Shown here: in pieces, positions 39,465-49,622 of the stretch
Layout: each line of letters starts with the position of its first letter
Position numbering within the stretch: the first letter of the stretch is position 1
DNA from: an uncultured Chloroflexia bacterium
GTDB lineage: Bacteria; Chloroflexota; Limnocylindria; Limnocylindrales; CSP1-4
Assembly: GCA_963707215.1 (NCBI GenBank)
Contig: CAVPPB010000003.1
Coordinates: 800,001 to 864,000 of the forward strand
Direction of reading: 5' to 3'
DNA: 64,000 bases
Program-made: the position numbers and the translations under genes
Notes under the pieces: generated by a model
The model's input: the letters and a program-made list of their open reading frames with translations, nothing else
Database searches by the model: none
What the model was told of the DNA's origin: nothing

Positions 39465-40387
39465 CGATCGGTGTCCCCGGCTCGCTCCGCCCCGTGAACG
39501 GCCGCGCCGATCGCTCCGGCCCAGGTGCCGAGCTCCGCCGTGACCAGCTCGACGTCGTCGAGGGAGGTCACTCGCACGCGAAGGCGCAGCTCCGCCCGGA
39601 TCGGCTCGAGCAGCAGGTCCCCGGCACTGGCGACCCCGCCGCCGATCACGACCCGATCGGGATTGGCGACCACGACCGCGTTGGCGATGCCGATCCCGAG
39701 GTAGCGGCCGACCTCTGCCAGGCCGGCCACGGCGGCCACGTCGCCGGCCCGGGCTCGCTCGACGGCCTCCTCGACGGTCGCCGTCCCACAGGCAGCGGCG
39801 ATCCGATCGGCCCTGGCGTACGCCTCGACGCAGCCACGATTGCCGCACGTGCACGGCGGCCCGTCCGGGTCGATGGTCTGGTGGCCGAGCTCACCGCCGG
39901 TCCCGTCACGGCCCTGGTGGACCCGGCCATCGATGGCGATGACACCGCCGACGCCCGTGCCGAGCGTCAGCCCGATCATCGACCGGGCACCCCGCGCGGC
40001 GCCCATCCGGAGCTCGGCGAGCCCGAAGGCCCGGGCATCGTTGATCAGCGCCGTCGGTCGGCCGGACGCATCGGCCACGGGCCCGGCGACGGGCCGGCCA
40101 TCCCATGCTCCCGGGAGGTTCGGCAGGAAGCGGGTCCGGCCGGTTGCGGGGTCGTACAGGCCCGGGACGCCGATCCCGACCGTGGCGATATTCGGCCGAT
40201 CCCCCACCGCCGACCGGGCCACCTCGACCAGTCGCGCGACGACGGCGTCGGGCCCCTCGTCTCCCTGGGTGGGGGTCTGGCCGCGATCGACCGGGCTCCA
40301 GGCCTCGCCGTGGCGCTCGACCACGACCCACTTGAGGTTCGTGGCGCCCAGGTCGAGCCCGAGATGGTGCGTGGCGCCGGCGCGCAT
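39461..40387 (-). CDS. ROK family sugar kinase
   Basis: [37 protein letters not shown]. Confidence 0.92.
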   Translation of the reverse strand: MRAGATHHLGLDLGATNLKWVVVERHGEAWSPVDRGQTPTQGDEGPDAVVARLVEVARSAVGDRPNIATVGIGVPGLYDPATGRTRFLPNLPGAWDGRPVAGPVADASGRPTALINDARAFGLAELRMGAARGARSMIGLTLGTGVGGVIAIDGRVHQGRDGTGGELGHQTIDPDGPPCTCGNRGCVEAYARADRIAAACGTATVEEAVERARAGDVAAVAGLAEVGRYLGIGIANAVVVANPDRVVIGGGVASAGDLLLEPIRAELRLRVRVTSLDDVELVTAELGTWAGAIGAAVHGAERAGDTDR

Positions 40388-40424
40388 GCTCGTAGCCTAC
40401 CGAAGGCGGCAGGCCGCCTGCGGG

Positions 40425-41330
40425 TCAGTAGCCCACCGACGGGAGGTAGGCGCCGCGCGGCTCCTGGTAGATCCCGATCGCCATCAGGTTGACCTCGAAG
40501 AAGACCCGCAGCCCGTGGGCCAGCGACCAGCGCATGAGGTCGCCGTTCGTCACGGGCACGAGGAAGCCCGGGGTCCCGAAGTCTTCGGCCTCGCTGATGA
40601 GAGCGATGAGGTCGTCGTCCGTCTCGGCCACCGAGTGGGCGAAGTAGTTGATCTTCGTCGTGTAGCCGCTGATCCGGCCCAGTCGCTCGACGACCCGCAG
40701 GTCCCCGGACTCGATCGACTCCCGGACCTCGCCGGCCCGGGTGTGGCCGTGGACGCGCACACAGAGCGCGTTGCACGCGTCCTCGTCGTCCGGGGTGCCC
40801 GGACGGACGTCGTAGCCGGGCACCCGCTGACGCACCGGATCGCCGTACATCGCCGCGAAGGACTCCTTCACGTCCATCCCGAGCTTCGTGTACAGGCTCA
40901 GCGAGCGATTGTGATAGGCGATCTGGACGAGCCTGATCCCGGGCGTGCCGGTCTGGCGGGCGCGCCCGAAGGCGACCTCCATGAGCATCCGGCCCACGTG
41001 GTGATCCTGCTCGGCCGGCTCGACCGTGATCGGCCCGATGGCCGAGATGGTCCCCCGCTCGTCCATGTGGTTGCTGCCGATCACCCGCCCGTCCCGCTCG
41101 GCGACGACGCTGAAGAACCGGGGGTGGTTGATCATCCAGCGGATGGGCTGGGCGGCCGCCGCGATCGTCGGGAAGTCATGCGGGAAGCCATGGCGATCGG
41201 CCATATCGGCGAACGCGTCATGGCAGATGCGGCCGGCCTCCTCCCAGTCGGCATCGACCGCGAGGCGGATCCTGACGTCACCCGAGTCGGCGAGGATGGC
41301 CCCGTCCGTTTCGTTCGCCAGCAGGGTCAT
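40425..41330 (-). CDS. GNAT family N-acetyltransferase
   Basis: IGPITVEP..Q...VGR.LM, SLSLYTKLG; AAGGAAG RBS. Confidence 0.85.
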   Translation of the reverse strand: MTLLANETDGAILADSGDVRIRLAVDADWEEAGRICHDAFADMADRHGFPHDFPTIAAAAQPIRWMINHPRFFSVVAERDGRVIGSNHMDERGTISAIGPITVEPAEQDHHVGRMLMEVAFGRARQTGTPGIRLVQIAYHNRSLSLYTKLGMDVKESFAAMYGDPVRQRVPGYDVRPGTPDDEDACNALCVRVHGHTRAGEVRESIESGDLRVVERLGRISGYTTKINYFAHSVAETDDDLIALISEAEDFGTPGFLVPVTNGDLMRWSLAHGLRVFFEVNLMAIGIYQEPRGAYLPSVGY

Positions 41331-41386
41331 GACTTCCTTTCGGGACGCGCTGGGGGCGGACGACGTCCGCCCGGGGTCGACCGTGC

Positions 41387-42286
41387 CTAGCCCGCCACGA
41401 CCGTCGCCGCCTCGCTGCCGGTCGGCGTGTAGTACCGGCGGTACTCGGCGGGCGACATCGCGCACGAGCGATAGAACACCTTGTAGAACTGGCTCAGGTT
41501 CGTGTAGCTGACGGCCCTGGCGATCTCAGCCACCGACAGGTCGGTCGCCAGGAGGAGCCGCTTCGCCTCGGCCACCCGGACCTGGGTGACGTACTCCTTG
41601 AAGCTCACCCCGGTCACGTCCTTGAAGACGTGGCGGACGCGCGAGGGGCTGACGTGGACGACCTCGGCGATGTCGTCGAGGGTGATGCTCTCGCGGCAGT
41701 GGCGGTCCACGTAGGCCAGGACCGGCCGGATCTGCTCGCGGCGATCGGCCGCGGCACGTGCCGAGGCGGCCCTCGAGCCGGTCCCCCGGTGACGGTTCAC
41801 CAGCGCCAGGGCCCGCCGGAGGGTGGCGTCCGCGAGGTGTCGCTCGGCCCGGTCGTGGCGGTCCCAGATGCCCTGCAGCTCGTGCAGCACCGGGGCCACC
41901 TCGGACGCGAGCGCCGAGCTCGCCCGGACCCGAGGTGAGGCCGTCCGATCGTCGGAGCGGAACGGCGCCAGGTAGCCCTCGTCGAGCTCCCGGCAGCCCG
42001 GACCCGCGATCAGCTCGGGCCGGAAGAGGACGAGGAGCAGCCGGAGCTCCGTCCCGGGATCGGCCAGGGCGACGTGCGGCTGCGAGTTGTCGACGAAGAA
42101 GAGGTCGCCGGCCTGGGCGGGCAGGACGCGCCGGCCGAACAGGAAGGCACCGCGACCCTCCAGGACCAGGGCGACCTCCAGGTGGTCGTGCCAGTGCATC
42201 CGGTCGCCGTCCCCGCGGGCCGTGTACTCGAGCACGGCGAGCGGGAAGTCGGGGTCGAGCTCCTGTTGCCAGACGTAGACGGCCAC
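41387..42286 (-). CDS. AraC family regulator with cupin sensor domain
   Basis: HWHDHLE, ITLDDIA..VHVS.S...H.FK..TG.SF..Y...R...AK.LL, F.KVF....MSP.EYR. Confidence 0.93.
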   Translation of the reverse strand: MAVYVWQQELDPDFPLAVLEYTARGDGDRMHWHDHLEVALVLEGRGAFLFGRRVLPAQAGDLFFVDNSQPHVALADPGTELRLLLVLFRPELIAGPGCRELDEGYLAPFRSDDRTASPRVRASSALASEVAPVLHELQGIWDRHDRAERHLADATLRRALALVNRHRGTGSRAASARAAADRREQIRPVLAYVDRHCRESITLDDIAEVVHVSPSRVRHVFKDVTGVSFKEYVTQVRVAEAKRLLLATDLSVAEIARAVSYTNLSQFYKVFYRSCAMSPAEYRRYYTPTGSEAATVVAG

Positions 42287-42365
42287 GTCTCCACCCTCGC
42301 AGTGCGGCAGCCGCAACGGACAGGGCCAAGTGGAACGTTCCAGCAGCGCCGTCCGGCTCGGCCAG

Positions 42366-42427
42366 CCGCTTCTGCCACTTCATCGACCGGCTCTGGCATT
42401 GCCCGGGCGGCGGCAGCGGGCCAGCAT
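42366..42427 (+). promoter_or_regulatory. Putative AraC-activated promoter of the ene-reductase
   Basis: Imperfect direct repeats CCGCTTCTGCCACTT / CCGGCTCTGGCATTG 21 bp apart; second overlaps TTGCCC-N17-CAGCAT. Confidence 0.5.
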
Positions 42428-42468
42428 CGAGACGTCGAGATCCGCCCGCCAGCAGGAGCAACTCGGTC

Positions 42469-44679
42469 ATGGCCTTCCCGCACCTGTTCAGCCCCCTGCA
42501 GCTCGGGACCATCGAGCTCCCCAACCGCATCGTCCACGTCCCGACCGACATCAGCTCGTCCCACGCCGACGGCGAGGTCAGCGAGCGCGACATCCACCAC
42601 CACGGGAACATCGCCAAGGGCGGCACCGGCTTCGTCATCGTGGGGGCCACCACCCCGGACCGGGCGACCGGGCGACCGACCGTCACCTGTCTCGTCGCCG
42701 ACGGCGACGAGTACGTGCCCGGCCTCGCTCGCCTGGCCGACGCGATGCACCGCTACGGGGCCAAGTGCGCCGTCCAGCTCCAGCATCCCGGGCGGCAGTG
42801 CGCCATCCCCCGCTACAACACCCTCGGGGCGACCGACCGGGTCCTCAAGCTGCCCTGGTCGGCGGGCCACGAGATCATCTACGAGAACGCCGAGGAGAAG
42901 GGCAAGGAGATCCGCGAGGCATCGATCGCCGAGATCCTCGAGCTGGTCGACCTCTTCAGCGAGGCCGCCTGGCGGGTCAAGCAGGCCGGCTTCGACGCCG
43001 TCGAGCTCCACGCCGCCCACGGCTACCTGCTGTCCGAGTTCATGAGCCCGTACCTCAACATGCGGACGGACCGCTTCGGCGGCAGCTTCGAGAACCGGAT
43101 GCGCTTCCCGCTGGCGGTCATCGACTCGATCAAGAAGAAGTGCGGCAAGAGCTACCCGGTGCTCGTCCGCTACTCCTTCGAGGAGTGGTGCCCGGGCGGT
43201 CGGGGTCTCGACGAGGGGCTCGAGACGGCGAGGGTCCTGGAGCAGGCCGGCGTCGCTGCCCTCGACCTGTCCCAGGGGATGCAGGAGAGCCCGGGCGCCG
43301 GGTTCGACCCGATGCACTACCCGCAGGGCTGGGCGACCTACGCCGCCGAGGCGACCAAGAAGGTCGTCCGGATCCCGGTCATCACGTCGCACTCCCTGCG
43401 CGATCCCGACTACTGCGAGCAGATCCTGGCCGAGGGCAAGACCGATCTCGTGGGCCTGGCCCGCCAGCTCCTGGCCGACCCGTACTGGCCGGTCAAGGCC
43501 AAGTACGACAAGGTCCGCTCGATCCGTCGCTGCATCTCCTGCCTGGGCGGCTGCTGGCAGGAATTGCTCATGGCCAAGCACGAGATCGCCTGCTCCATCA
43601 ACGCCGCCTGCGGGCAGCCCGGCTACGACGACATGAAGCGGACCGGGACCCCCGTCCGGGTCGCCGTCGTCGGCGGCGGGCCGGCCGGCATGGAGGCGGC
43701 CCGGGTCGCCTCGGAGCGCGGCCACGCGGTCACCCTCTTCGAGAAGCACGACGAGCTGGGCGGGGCGATGCTCTACGTCTGCCTCGTGCCCGGAAAGGAG
43801 AAGATGCGCTGGTACCTGGACTGGGTCCGGGACCAGATCCTCGACCTGGGCGTCGACATCCGCCTGGGCCACGCCCCGACGGTCGAGGAGCTCCGCGAGT
43901 TCGACGTCGTCCTCAACGCGACCGGCGCGAAGTCGTTCGTGCCCGAGGTGGCCGGCGCGGCCGACCGGGTCGTCCCCTTCGAGGAGGCGATGGCCTGCCC
44001 GAAGATCGCCTGCGAGTGCCATCCCGGCGGCCGCCGGATGCGCAAGCTGGGCGCCAGGGTCCTGCTCTGGGGCGACAGCTACGCCGCGACCGACACGGCC
44101 GCCTTCCTGGCCGACATCGGCAAGGGGCTGACGATCGTCACCGAGAACCGAGAGTTCGCCGCCGACTGCGAAGTCATCCACATGTACGTCCTGCGGAAGC
44201 GCTTCGAGCAGGGCGATGCGGAGGTCCTCGAGTCCCGGCCGTACAAGCACCCGGTCAGCGTCATCACGAGCACGACCGTGGAGTCGATCACGCCCGTCGA
44301 GGGCGGCCTGGAGGTCGTCCTGCGCGGCAACGACTTCGCCCGGTCGACGATCGAGGTCGACGACGTCGTCACCTGCCACACGCGGCCGGAGGTCGACCTG
44401 TTCCAGGAGCTCCGGGCGGCCGGCGTCAACGTCCTCAACGTGGGTGATTCGGTCCGGCCCCGGAACCTCTACCACGCGGTCAAGGAGGGTTCGGAGTTCG
44501 GCCTGCAGGTCGACCAGCACTTGCTGTTCAACCCCAACGGGGCGATCGTCGACGACCTGCCGCTCGACGTGCTGGCCCAGCTGACCCGCGAGGAGGGTCC
44601 CGCCTACACGGCGAAGCGGATGGAGGAGCTCATGGCGGTCGGCGCGGCAAGCGGTGGGGGCAACGGCTCGGGCGCCTGA
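42469..44679 (+). CDS. NADH:flavin oxidoreductase (OYE TIM barrel + 4Fe-4S + FAD/NAD domain; enoate / 2,4-dienoyl-CoA reductase-like)
   Basis: LPNRIV, QLQHPGRQ, ELHAAHGYL, R.D.FGGSFENR.RF, CISCLGGC-x12-C, GGGPAGMEAA; AGGAG RBS. Confidence 0.92.
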   Translation: MAFPHLFSPLQLGTIELPNRIVHVPTDISSSHADGEVSERDIHHHGNIAKGGTGFVIVGATTPDRATGRPTVTCLVADGDEYVPGLARLADAMHRYGAKCAVQLQHPGRQCAIPRYNTLGATDRVLKLPWSAGHEIIYENAEEKGKEIREASIAEILELVDLFSEAAWRVKQAGFDAVELHAAHGYLLSEFMSPYLNMRTDRFGGSFENRMRFPLAVIDSIKKKCGKSYPVLVRYSFEEWCPGGRGLDEGLETARVLEQAGVAALDLSQGMQESPGAGFDPMHYPQGWATYAAEATKKVVRIPVITSHSLRDPDYCEQILAEGKTDLVGLARQLLADPYWPVKAKYDKVRSIRRCISCLGGCWQELLMAKHEIACSINAACGQPGYDDMKRTGTPVRVAVVGGGPAGMEAARVASERGHAVTLFEKHDELGGAMLYVCLVPGKEKMRWYLDWVRDQILDLGVDIRLGHAPTVEELREFDVVLNATGAKSFVPEVAGAADRVVPFEEAMACPKIACECHPGGRRMRKLGARVLLWGDSYAATDTAAFLADIGKGLTIVTENREFAADCEVIHMYVLRKRFEQGDAEVLESRPYKHPVSVITSTTVESITPVEGGLEVVLRGNDFARSTIEVDDVVTCHTRPEVDLFQELRAAGVNVLNVGDSVRPRNLYHAVKEGSEFGLQVDQHLLFNPNGAIVDDLPLDVLAQLTREEGPAYTAKRMEELMAVGAASGGGNGSGA

Positions 44680-44692
44680 GAGCCGACCGACG

Positions 44693-44728
44693 GGCCGTCG
44701 GGCGGCCTGGGCAGGATGCCCGACGGCC
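44693..44728. terminator. Hairpin between convergent genes
   Basis: 11-bp stem GGCCGTCGGGC/GCCCGACGGCC. Confidence 0.55.
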
Positions 44729-44740
44729 GGGCAAGAGCCC

Positions 44741-45736
44741 TCAGGACTCGGCGGTGATCCGAGTGTAGGCCGCGGCGACGGCGACGATGATCGCGCCGAA
44801 GAGGATCTGGCGGACCGCCTCCGGGTAGCCGAGCGACGAGAGCAGCGAGGAGAGCACGGTCAGGATGAGCGCGCCCATGACCGTCCCGCCGTAGCCGCCC
44901 CGACCGCCCATGATCGACGTGCCACCGATGACCGCGGCGGCGACCGATGGCAGCACGTACGAATCGGCCAAGGTCACGCTGGCGACATTGGTCAGGCCCG
45001 AGAGGATGAAGCCGGCCGTAGCCGCCATCAGCGCGGAGATGACGTAGAGGACGACGAGGACCTGCCACGAGCGGGCCCCCGACAGGCGGGCAGCCACCGG
45101 GTTGTCGCCGATGGCATAGAGGAGTCGGCCGTAGCCCGATCTCCGTAGCCCGATCAGGATCACGGCCGCCAGCGGGATGAAGATCAGGAGGCTGTGCGGC
45201 ACCACGTCCACGAAGGAGCCCGAGCCGAGCCAGCGCAGGATGTCCGGTGTCCCGCCGCCGGTCTGGACCATCACGAGCTGCCAGACGTTGGCGAGGCCGA
45301 GGACGACGAAGCTCATGCCCAGGGTCATGATGAGCGGATGGACCCGGAAGACGCCGACGCCAACGCCGGTGAGGAACCCGGCCAGCGCGGCGGCGATGAG
45401 GGCGACCACGATGCCCGCGGGCGTCCCGGGACCCGAGACGAGCGTCGCCACGACGAACCCCGACATCGAGGCGACCGCGCCGACCGAGAGGTCGATGCCG
45501 CCGGTCAACATCGTCAGCGTCTGACAGCCGGCCAGGATCGCCAGGGGCACGGCCGTCCGCAGGATCACTCCGCCCCAGTTCGCGTTGACGATGCCTGGCC
45601 GAGCGAGCTCGCTGGCGACGATGAGGACGCCGAGCAGGACGAAGAGCGGGATGATCGGCCGGTCACGGAAGAGCCGTCGCCAGGCGGCGACGGTCAGCCA
45701 GGGACTCCGGGTGGCCGGGGCGACGGTCCCGCTCAC
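44741..45736 (-). CDS. Monosaccharide ABC permease (RbsC type)
   Basis: GGIDLSVG, GR.LYAIGDN..AARLSG, AAAVIGGTSI.GG.G. Confidence 0.93.
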   Translation of the reverse strand: MSGTVAPATRSPWLTVAAWRRLFRDRPIIPLFVLLGVLIVASELARPGIVNANWGGVILRTAVPLAILAGCQTLTMLTGGIDLSVGAVASMSGFVVATLVSGPGTPAGIVVALIAAALAGFLTGVGVGVFRVHPLIMTLGMSFVVLGLANVWQLVMVQTGGGTPDILRWLGSGSFVDVVPHSLLIFIPLAAVILIGLRRSGYGRLLYAIGDNPVAARLSGARSWQVLVVLYVISALMAATAGFILSGLTNVASVTLADSYVLPSVAAAVIGGTSIMGGRGGYGGTVMGALILTVLSSLLSSLGYPEAVRQILFGAIIVAVAAAYTRITAES

Positions 45737-46749
45737 ACTCGCCTCCGGCGCATCTCGATCAGGCTGCCGGCCATGACGACGCCGATGAGGATGAAGCCCT
45801 GGAGCACGATGGCCAGGTTGTTGTTGACATTGAGGAAGGTCATGTCCGTGCGGACAAGCTGGAGGATGACGACGGCGATGATCGGGCCGATCACGCCTCC
45901 TCGGCCGCCGACCAGGGCGACGCCGCCGAGGACGACCGCGGCCACGCTCTGGAGGGTGTACGGACCGGGCACCGGGGTCCCGATGCCCGTGCTGGCCGTG
46001 AGGCTCAGCCCGGCGAAGGCGGCGAAGAGTCCGCCGATCGCGTAGGCCGCGACCTTGGTGCGACCGACCGAGACGCCACTCCGGAACGCGGCCAGCTGGT
46101 CGCTACCGACCGCGTAGAGCGAGAGCCCGAGCCGCGAACGACGCAGCGGGATCCAGATGACCGCCACGATGACCAGCAGGACGACCGCGGCCTTGGGGAT
46201 GAAGTCGACGAACAGCGACCCGAGGACAAGGTCGCGCAGCCAATCGACCGAGTCGCCACCTGGCGACCGCAGCACGAGGAGCGCGAAGCCGGCCCATACG
46301 AACAGCATGGCGAGCGTGACGACGATGTCCGCGACCTTCGTGAAGACGACCAGGGCGCCGTTGATCCCCCCGAGGACGAGGCCCATCAGGAGCACGCCGA
46401 CCACCGCGAGGATGGCGAGCTGCTCGTTGCCGCCCTCGATGAGGCCGTCCATGAGCACCGCCGCGGTGGCGCTCGTCAGCGCCATCATCGATCCGATCGA
46501 GAGATCGATGCCGCCCGAGATGACGACGATCGCCTGGGCGACCGCCGCCAGTGCGAGCGGGAGGACCGAGATCGCCAGTCCCTGGATCCCTGGCACACCG
46601 TAGTTCGGCTGGATGGCCTTCGTGAAGATGAGCAGGGCGGCGAGGAATGCCAGAAGCCCGAGGGTCCACGCATTCCGCCGGGCGAAGCCGACGACCGCGT
46701 CCACGGCCCGGCTCCGCGTCCCGCCCACGGTCCCGGTCGCGACGGTCAC
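45733..46749 (-). CDS. Monosaccharide ABC permease (RbsC type)
   Basis: GGIDLSIG, LYAVGSD..AA..SGV, VAAVVLGGVAL.GG.G. Confidence 0.93.
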   Translation of the reverse strand: MTVATGTVGGTRSRAVDAVVGFARRNAWTLGLLAFLAALLIFTKAIQPNYGVPGIQGLAISVLPLALAAVAQAIVVISGGIDLSIGSMMALTSATAAVLMDGLIEGGNEQLAILAVVGVLLMGLVLGGINGALVVFTKVADIVVTLAMLFVWAGFALLVLRSPGGDSVDWLRDLVLGSLFVDFIPKAAVVLLVIVAVIWIPLRRSRLGLSLYAVGSDQLAAFRSGVSVGRTKVAAYAIGGLFAAFAGLSLTASTGIGTPVPGPYTLQSVAAVVLGGVALVGGRGGVIGPIIAVVILQLVRTDMTFLNVNNNLAIVLQGFILIGVVMAGSLIEMRRRRV

Positions 46750-48341
46750 TGGTCGTCCGCCGTGGACATGTCGGCCGCATCGGGCTGGGACCTCGCTCGC
46801 ACAGCAGCGATCGCCAGGGCAGCCTGGTCCTCCGGCATCGGGGCGTCGGACCCTAGGTTGAAGGCCGCCCGCAGGAGACTCGGCTCGTCGGCCTCGGCTG
46901 CGCTCAGCTCGGCGACGACCCGGCCACCGAAGATGACGATCGCCCGATCACACGCCAGCTGGATCTCCTTGAGCTCCGAGGTGTAAAGGAGCACCGCCGC
47001 CCCGGCCGCCGCGAGATCGCGCAGCAGGATGTAGATCTGGTTCTTCGTCCGGATGTCGATCCCGCGGGTCGGGTCGAAGCAGAGCATCGTCTGGACCCCG
47101 CTGGCGACCCAGCGGGCGATGGTCACCTTCTGCTGGTTGCCGCCCGACAGCCGGCGAACCTCGCGTCCGGCCCGGGCATCGATCTGGAGGCGCTCTACGG
47201 CTCCGTCCACGGTCCGGCGCTCGCGGCCGAGGTCGATCAGGCCCCAGCGCCGGGCGGGCCCGCTCATCGGCAGGGCGATGTTCTCCTGGACCGAGCGCTG
47301 CATCAGCAGCGCCTCGGCGCGGTCGGCGGGGACATAGACTAGGCCGGCCCGGATGGCGTCGGCTGGGTGGCCGAACGAGACCGGCGACCCATCCACCAGC
47401 AGCTCTCCGCGTGTCGGTCGCTGGGCGCCCGACAGGATGTCGAAGAGTTCGTCCTGGCCCTGGCCCTCGACCGCGACGACCCCGAGCACCTCGCCCGGGT
47501 TCAGTTCGAACGTGACGTCGCGGAGCTTGGTGCCGAGCGTCAGCCCACGCGCCGCGAGCCGCGGCACGGCGTCGGCCGGTCGCTCCTTGGCACGGGCGAC
47601 CGCGACGGTCCGGGCCGACAGGTCTTCGGCCGACTCACCGAGCATGAGCTCGACGATGCGTTCCTCCGAGCCCTCCTTGACGTCGACCACGCCGACGGTC
47701 TCGCCCTCGCGGAGGACCGTCGCCCGGTCGCAGACGGCGGCGATCTCGATCATCCGGTGCGAGATGAAGATCACGCAGCGGTCGCCGCCACGGTGGCCCC
47801 CGATGACCTCCAGGACGCGCTCGGTCAGGTTGGCCGGCAGCGCCGCCGTCATCTCGTCGAGCATGAGCACGTCGGGCTCGATCGCGAGCGCCCTTGCGAG
47901 ATCGATGATGCGCAGCGTCGCCAGCGGCAGCCGGCGAGCCTGCTCGGCGAGGTCGAGATCCGCGATCCCGAGCTCGTTCATCCAGTGCTGGAACGGCTCG
48001 TGCGGCGTCCGCGTAAGCCGCAGGTTGGAGCGCACATCGAGGTCGGGGATGAGCGCCGGCTCCTGATAGACCGAGACTAGGCCGCCGCGCCGCGCCTCGG
48101 CCGGGGAGTGCACCGTCCGCTCGCGGCCGCGGACGGCGATCGTGCCCTCGTCCGGGTGGACGGCTCCGGTCAGGATCTTGACGAAGGTGCTCTTGCCGGC
48201 GCCGTTGGCGCCCATGAGCGCGTGGACCTCGCCCGGCCGCACCGCGAGCGAGGCCGACCGCAGCGCGACGACCGCGCCGTAGGCCTTCGAGACGCCAGTG
48301 GCTTCGAGCAGCAGGTCGGTCGTGGTGGTGGTCAGGGTCAT
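46746..48341 (-). CDS. Monosaccharide ABC ATP-binding protein (RbsA type)
   Basis: GANGAGKST, LSGGNQQK, DPTRGID; two ABC domains. Confidence 0.94.
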   Translation of the reverse strand: MTLTTTTTDLLLEATGVSKAYGAVVALRSASLAVRPGEVHALMGANGAGKSTFVKILTGAVHPDEGTIAVRGRERTVHSPAEARRGGLVSVYQEPALIPDLDVRSNLRLTRTPHEPFQHWMNELGIADLDLAEQARRLPLATLRIIDLARALAIEPDVLMLDEMTAALPANLTERVLEVIGGHRGGDRCVIFISHRMIEIAAVCDRATVLREGETVGVVDVKEGSEERIVELMLGESAEDLSARTVAVARAKERPADAVPRLAARGLTLGTKLRDVTFELNPGEVLGVVAVEGQGQDELFDILSGAQRPTRGELLVDGSPVSFGHPADAIRAGLVYVPADRAEALLMQRSVQENIALPMSGPARRWGLIDLGRERRTVDGAVERLQIDARAGREVRRLSGGNQQKVTIARWVASGVQTMLCFDPTRGIDIRTKNQIYILLRDLAAAGAAVLLYTSELKEIQLACDRAIVIFGGRVVAELSAAEADEPSLLRAAFNLGSDAPMPEDQAALAIAAVRARSQPDAADMSTADDQ

Positions 48342-48370
48342 CGGTCCCCGTGGACGAAAGGGATGGAGAT

Positions 48371-48401
48371 GCGGGGGATGCCGTTAGCCGGCATCCCCCG
48401 C
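48371..48401 (-). promoter_or_regulatory. Intra-operon stem-loop after the binding-protein gene (mRNA stabiliser or attenuator)
   Basis: Perfect 13-bp stem GCGGGGGATGCCG/CGGCATCCCCCGC with 5-nt loop. Confidence 0.65.
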
Positions 48402-48425
48402 GATCTGGTCCGGGTTCGGGCGGGG

Positions 48426-49529
48426 TTACTCCTCGCCGGGGCCCTTGCAGGCGACGGCCTGCTCGGGGGTGTACGTGGTGAAGCCCTCGACCTCGATGCC
48501 GAGCGGCCAGGTCGGGTCGAGACCCTCGACCGACTGCCACGACTCGAGCAGCGCCTTGCCGTCGTCGGTCTGGTTCTCGGCGAGGACCGGGACGAGCAGG
48601 ACGGTGTTGGGATAGGGGGCGTCCGGATTCGTCGTAACGGACTCGTCCTGGAGGAGCTTGAGCGCCAGGTTGACGCCGGCACCGCCGACCGCCGCCGTGT
48701 TGGTCACGGCCGCTCCGACGAGGCCGGGATAGCCATCCGGATCGAGCAGCTGGGTGACGAACGCGCCGAGGTCGGCGCCGACGATCGGCACGAACTCCTT
48801 CCCGGCGGCCTTGATGGCGTCGACGACCTGCGAGTCCATCCCGGACGTCCAGATGCCGTCGGTGTCATCGTACTGGCCACTGGCCAGCCACTCGTTGATG
48901 AGCGTGGTCGTCGTCGCCGGGTCCCAGCCGGTGTGGACGCCATCGATGGTCGGCAGGACGGTGATGCCGGGGAACTCCTCGAGCGCCCGCTGGAAGCCGA
49001 CGTGTCGATCGTCGTCGGCGCCCGAGCCGGCGAACCCGCGCATGTAGTAGACGTTGCCCTCGCCGTCGAGCTGCTCGAACAGCCACTTGGCGCCGAGGTA
49101 CGCGTACTCGACCTGGTTGTTGTAGAGCTGGTAGCTGGTTGGATCGGTCACGAACTGGTCGACGGCGACGGTCACGATGCCGGCCTCGTTCGCCTCTTCG
49201 AGAGCCGGGTTGAGGGCCTCGGTGTCGTTGGGGTTGAAGACGATCGCGTCGACGCCCTTGGCGATGAGGTCGCGGATGTCCTGGAGCTGGCCGGCGGCGT
49301 CGGTGTTGCGGTGGATGGTGGTGAGCTCGGACACCTTGCCCGAGGCGAGCGCCTCGGCCTTGGCCGTGCAGACCTGCTCCTCGCGGAAGCCGTTGCCCAC
49401 GCCGCCGGCGTTCGAGTACCCGATGGTGAAGGTGTCGCCACCTCCGCCGTCGTCGCTACACGCGCTGACCGCGAGGGCCACCGCCGCGAGGCCGACGACG
49501 AGCCGGGTCGTTCGGGATCGTTGTTTCAA
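48426..49529 (-). CDS. Sugar ABC substrate-binding lipoprotein
   Basis: Lipobox LAVSAC, IGYSN, Q..DI.DLI.KGVDAI, TTG start after GAGGAGG. Confidence 0.92.
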   Translation of the reverse strand: MKQRSRTTRLVVGLAAVALAVSACSDDGGGGDTFTIGYSNAGGVGNGFREEQVCTAKAEALASGKVSELTTIHRNTDAAGQLQDIRDLIAKGVDAIVFNPNDTEALNPALEEANEAGIVTVAVDQFVTDPTSYQLYNNQVEYAYLGAKWLFEQLDGEGNVYYMRGFAGSGADDDRHVGFQRALEEFPGITVLPTIDGVHTGWDPATTTTLINEWLASGQYDDTDGIWTSGMDSQVVDAIKAAGKEFVPIVGADLGAFVTQLLDPDGYPGLVGAAVTNTAAVGGAGVNLALKLLQDESVTTNPDAPYPNTVLLVPVLAENQTDDGKALLESWQSVEGLDPTWPLGIEVEGFTTYTPEQAVACKGPGEE

Positions 49530-49622
49530 CGTTCATTCCTCCTCGTGCACCGGTGCCCGCAGTTGCTGGGCGGTCCGGGCCACTGGGTCCCACTCGGGGG
49601 CTTGACAGCGCGCTTGGGTCCG

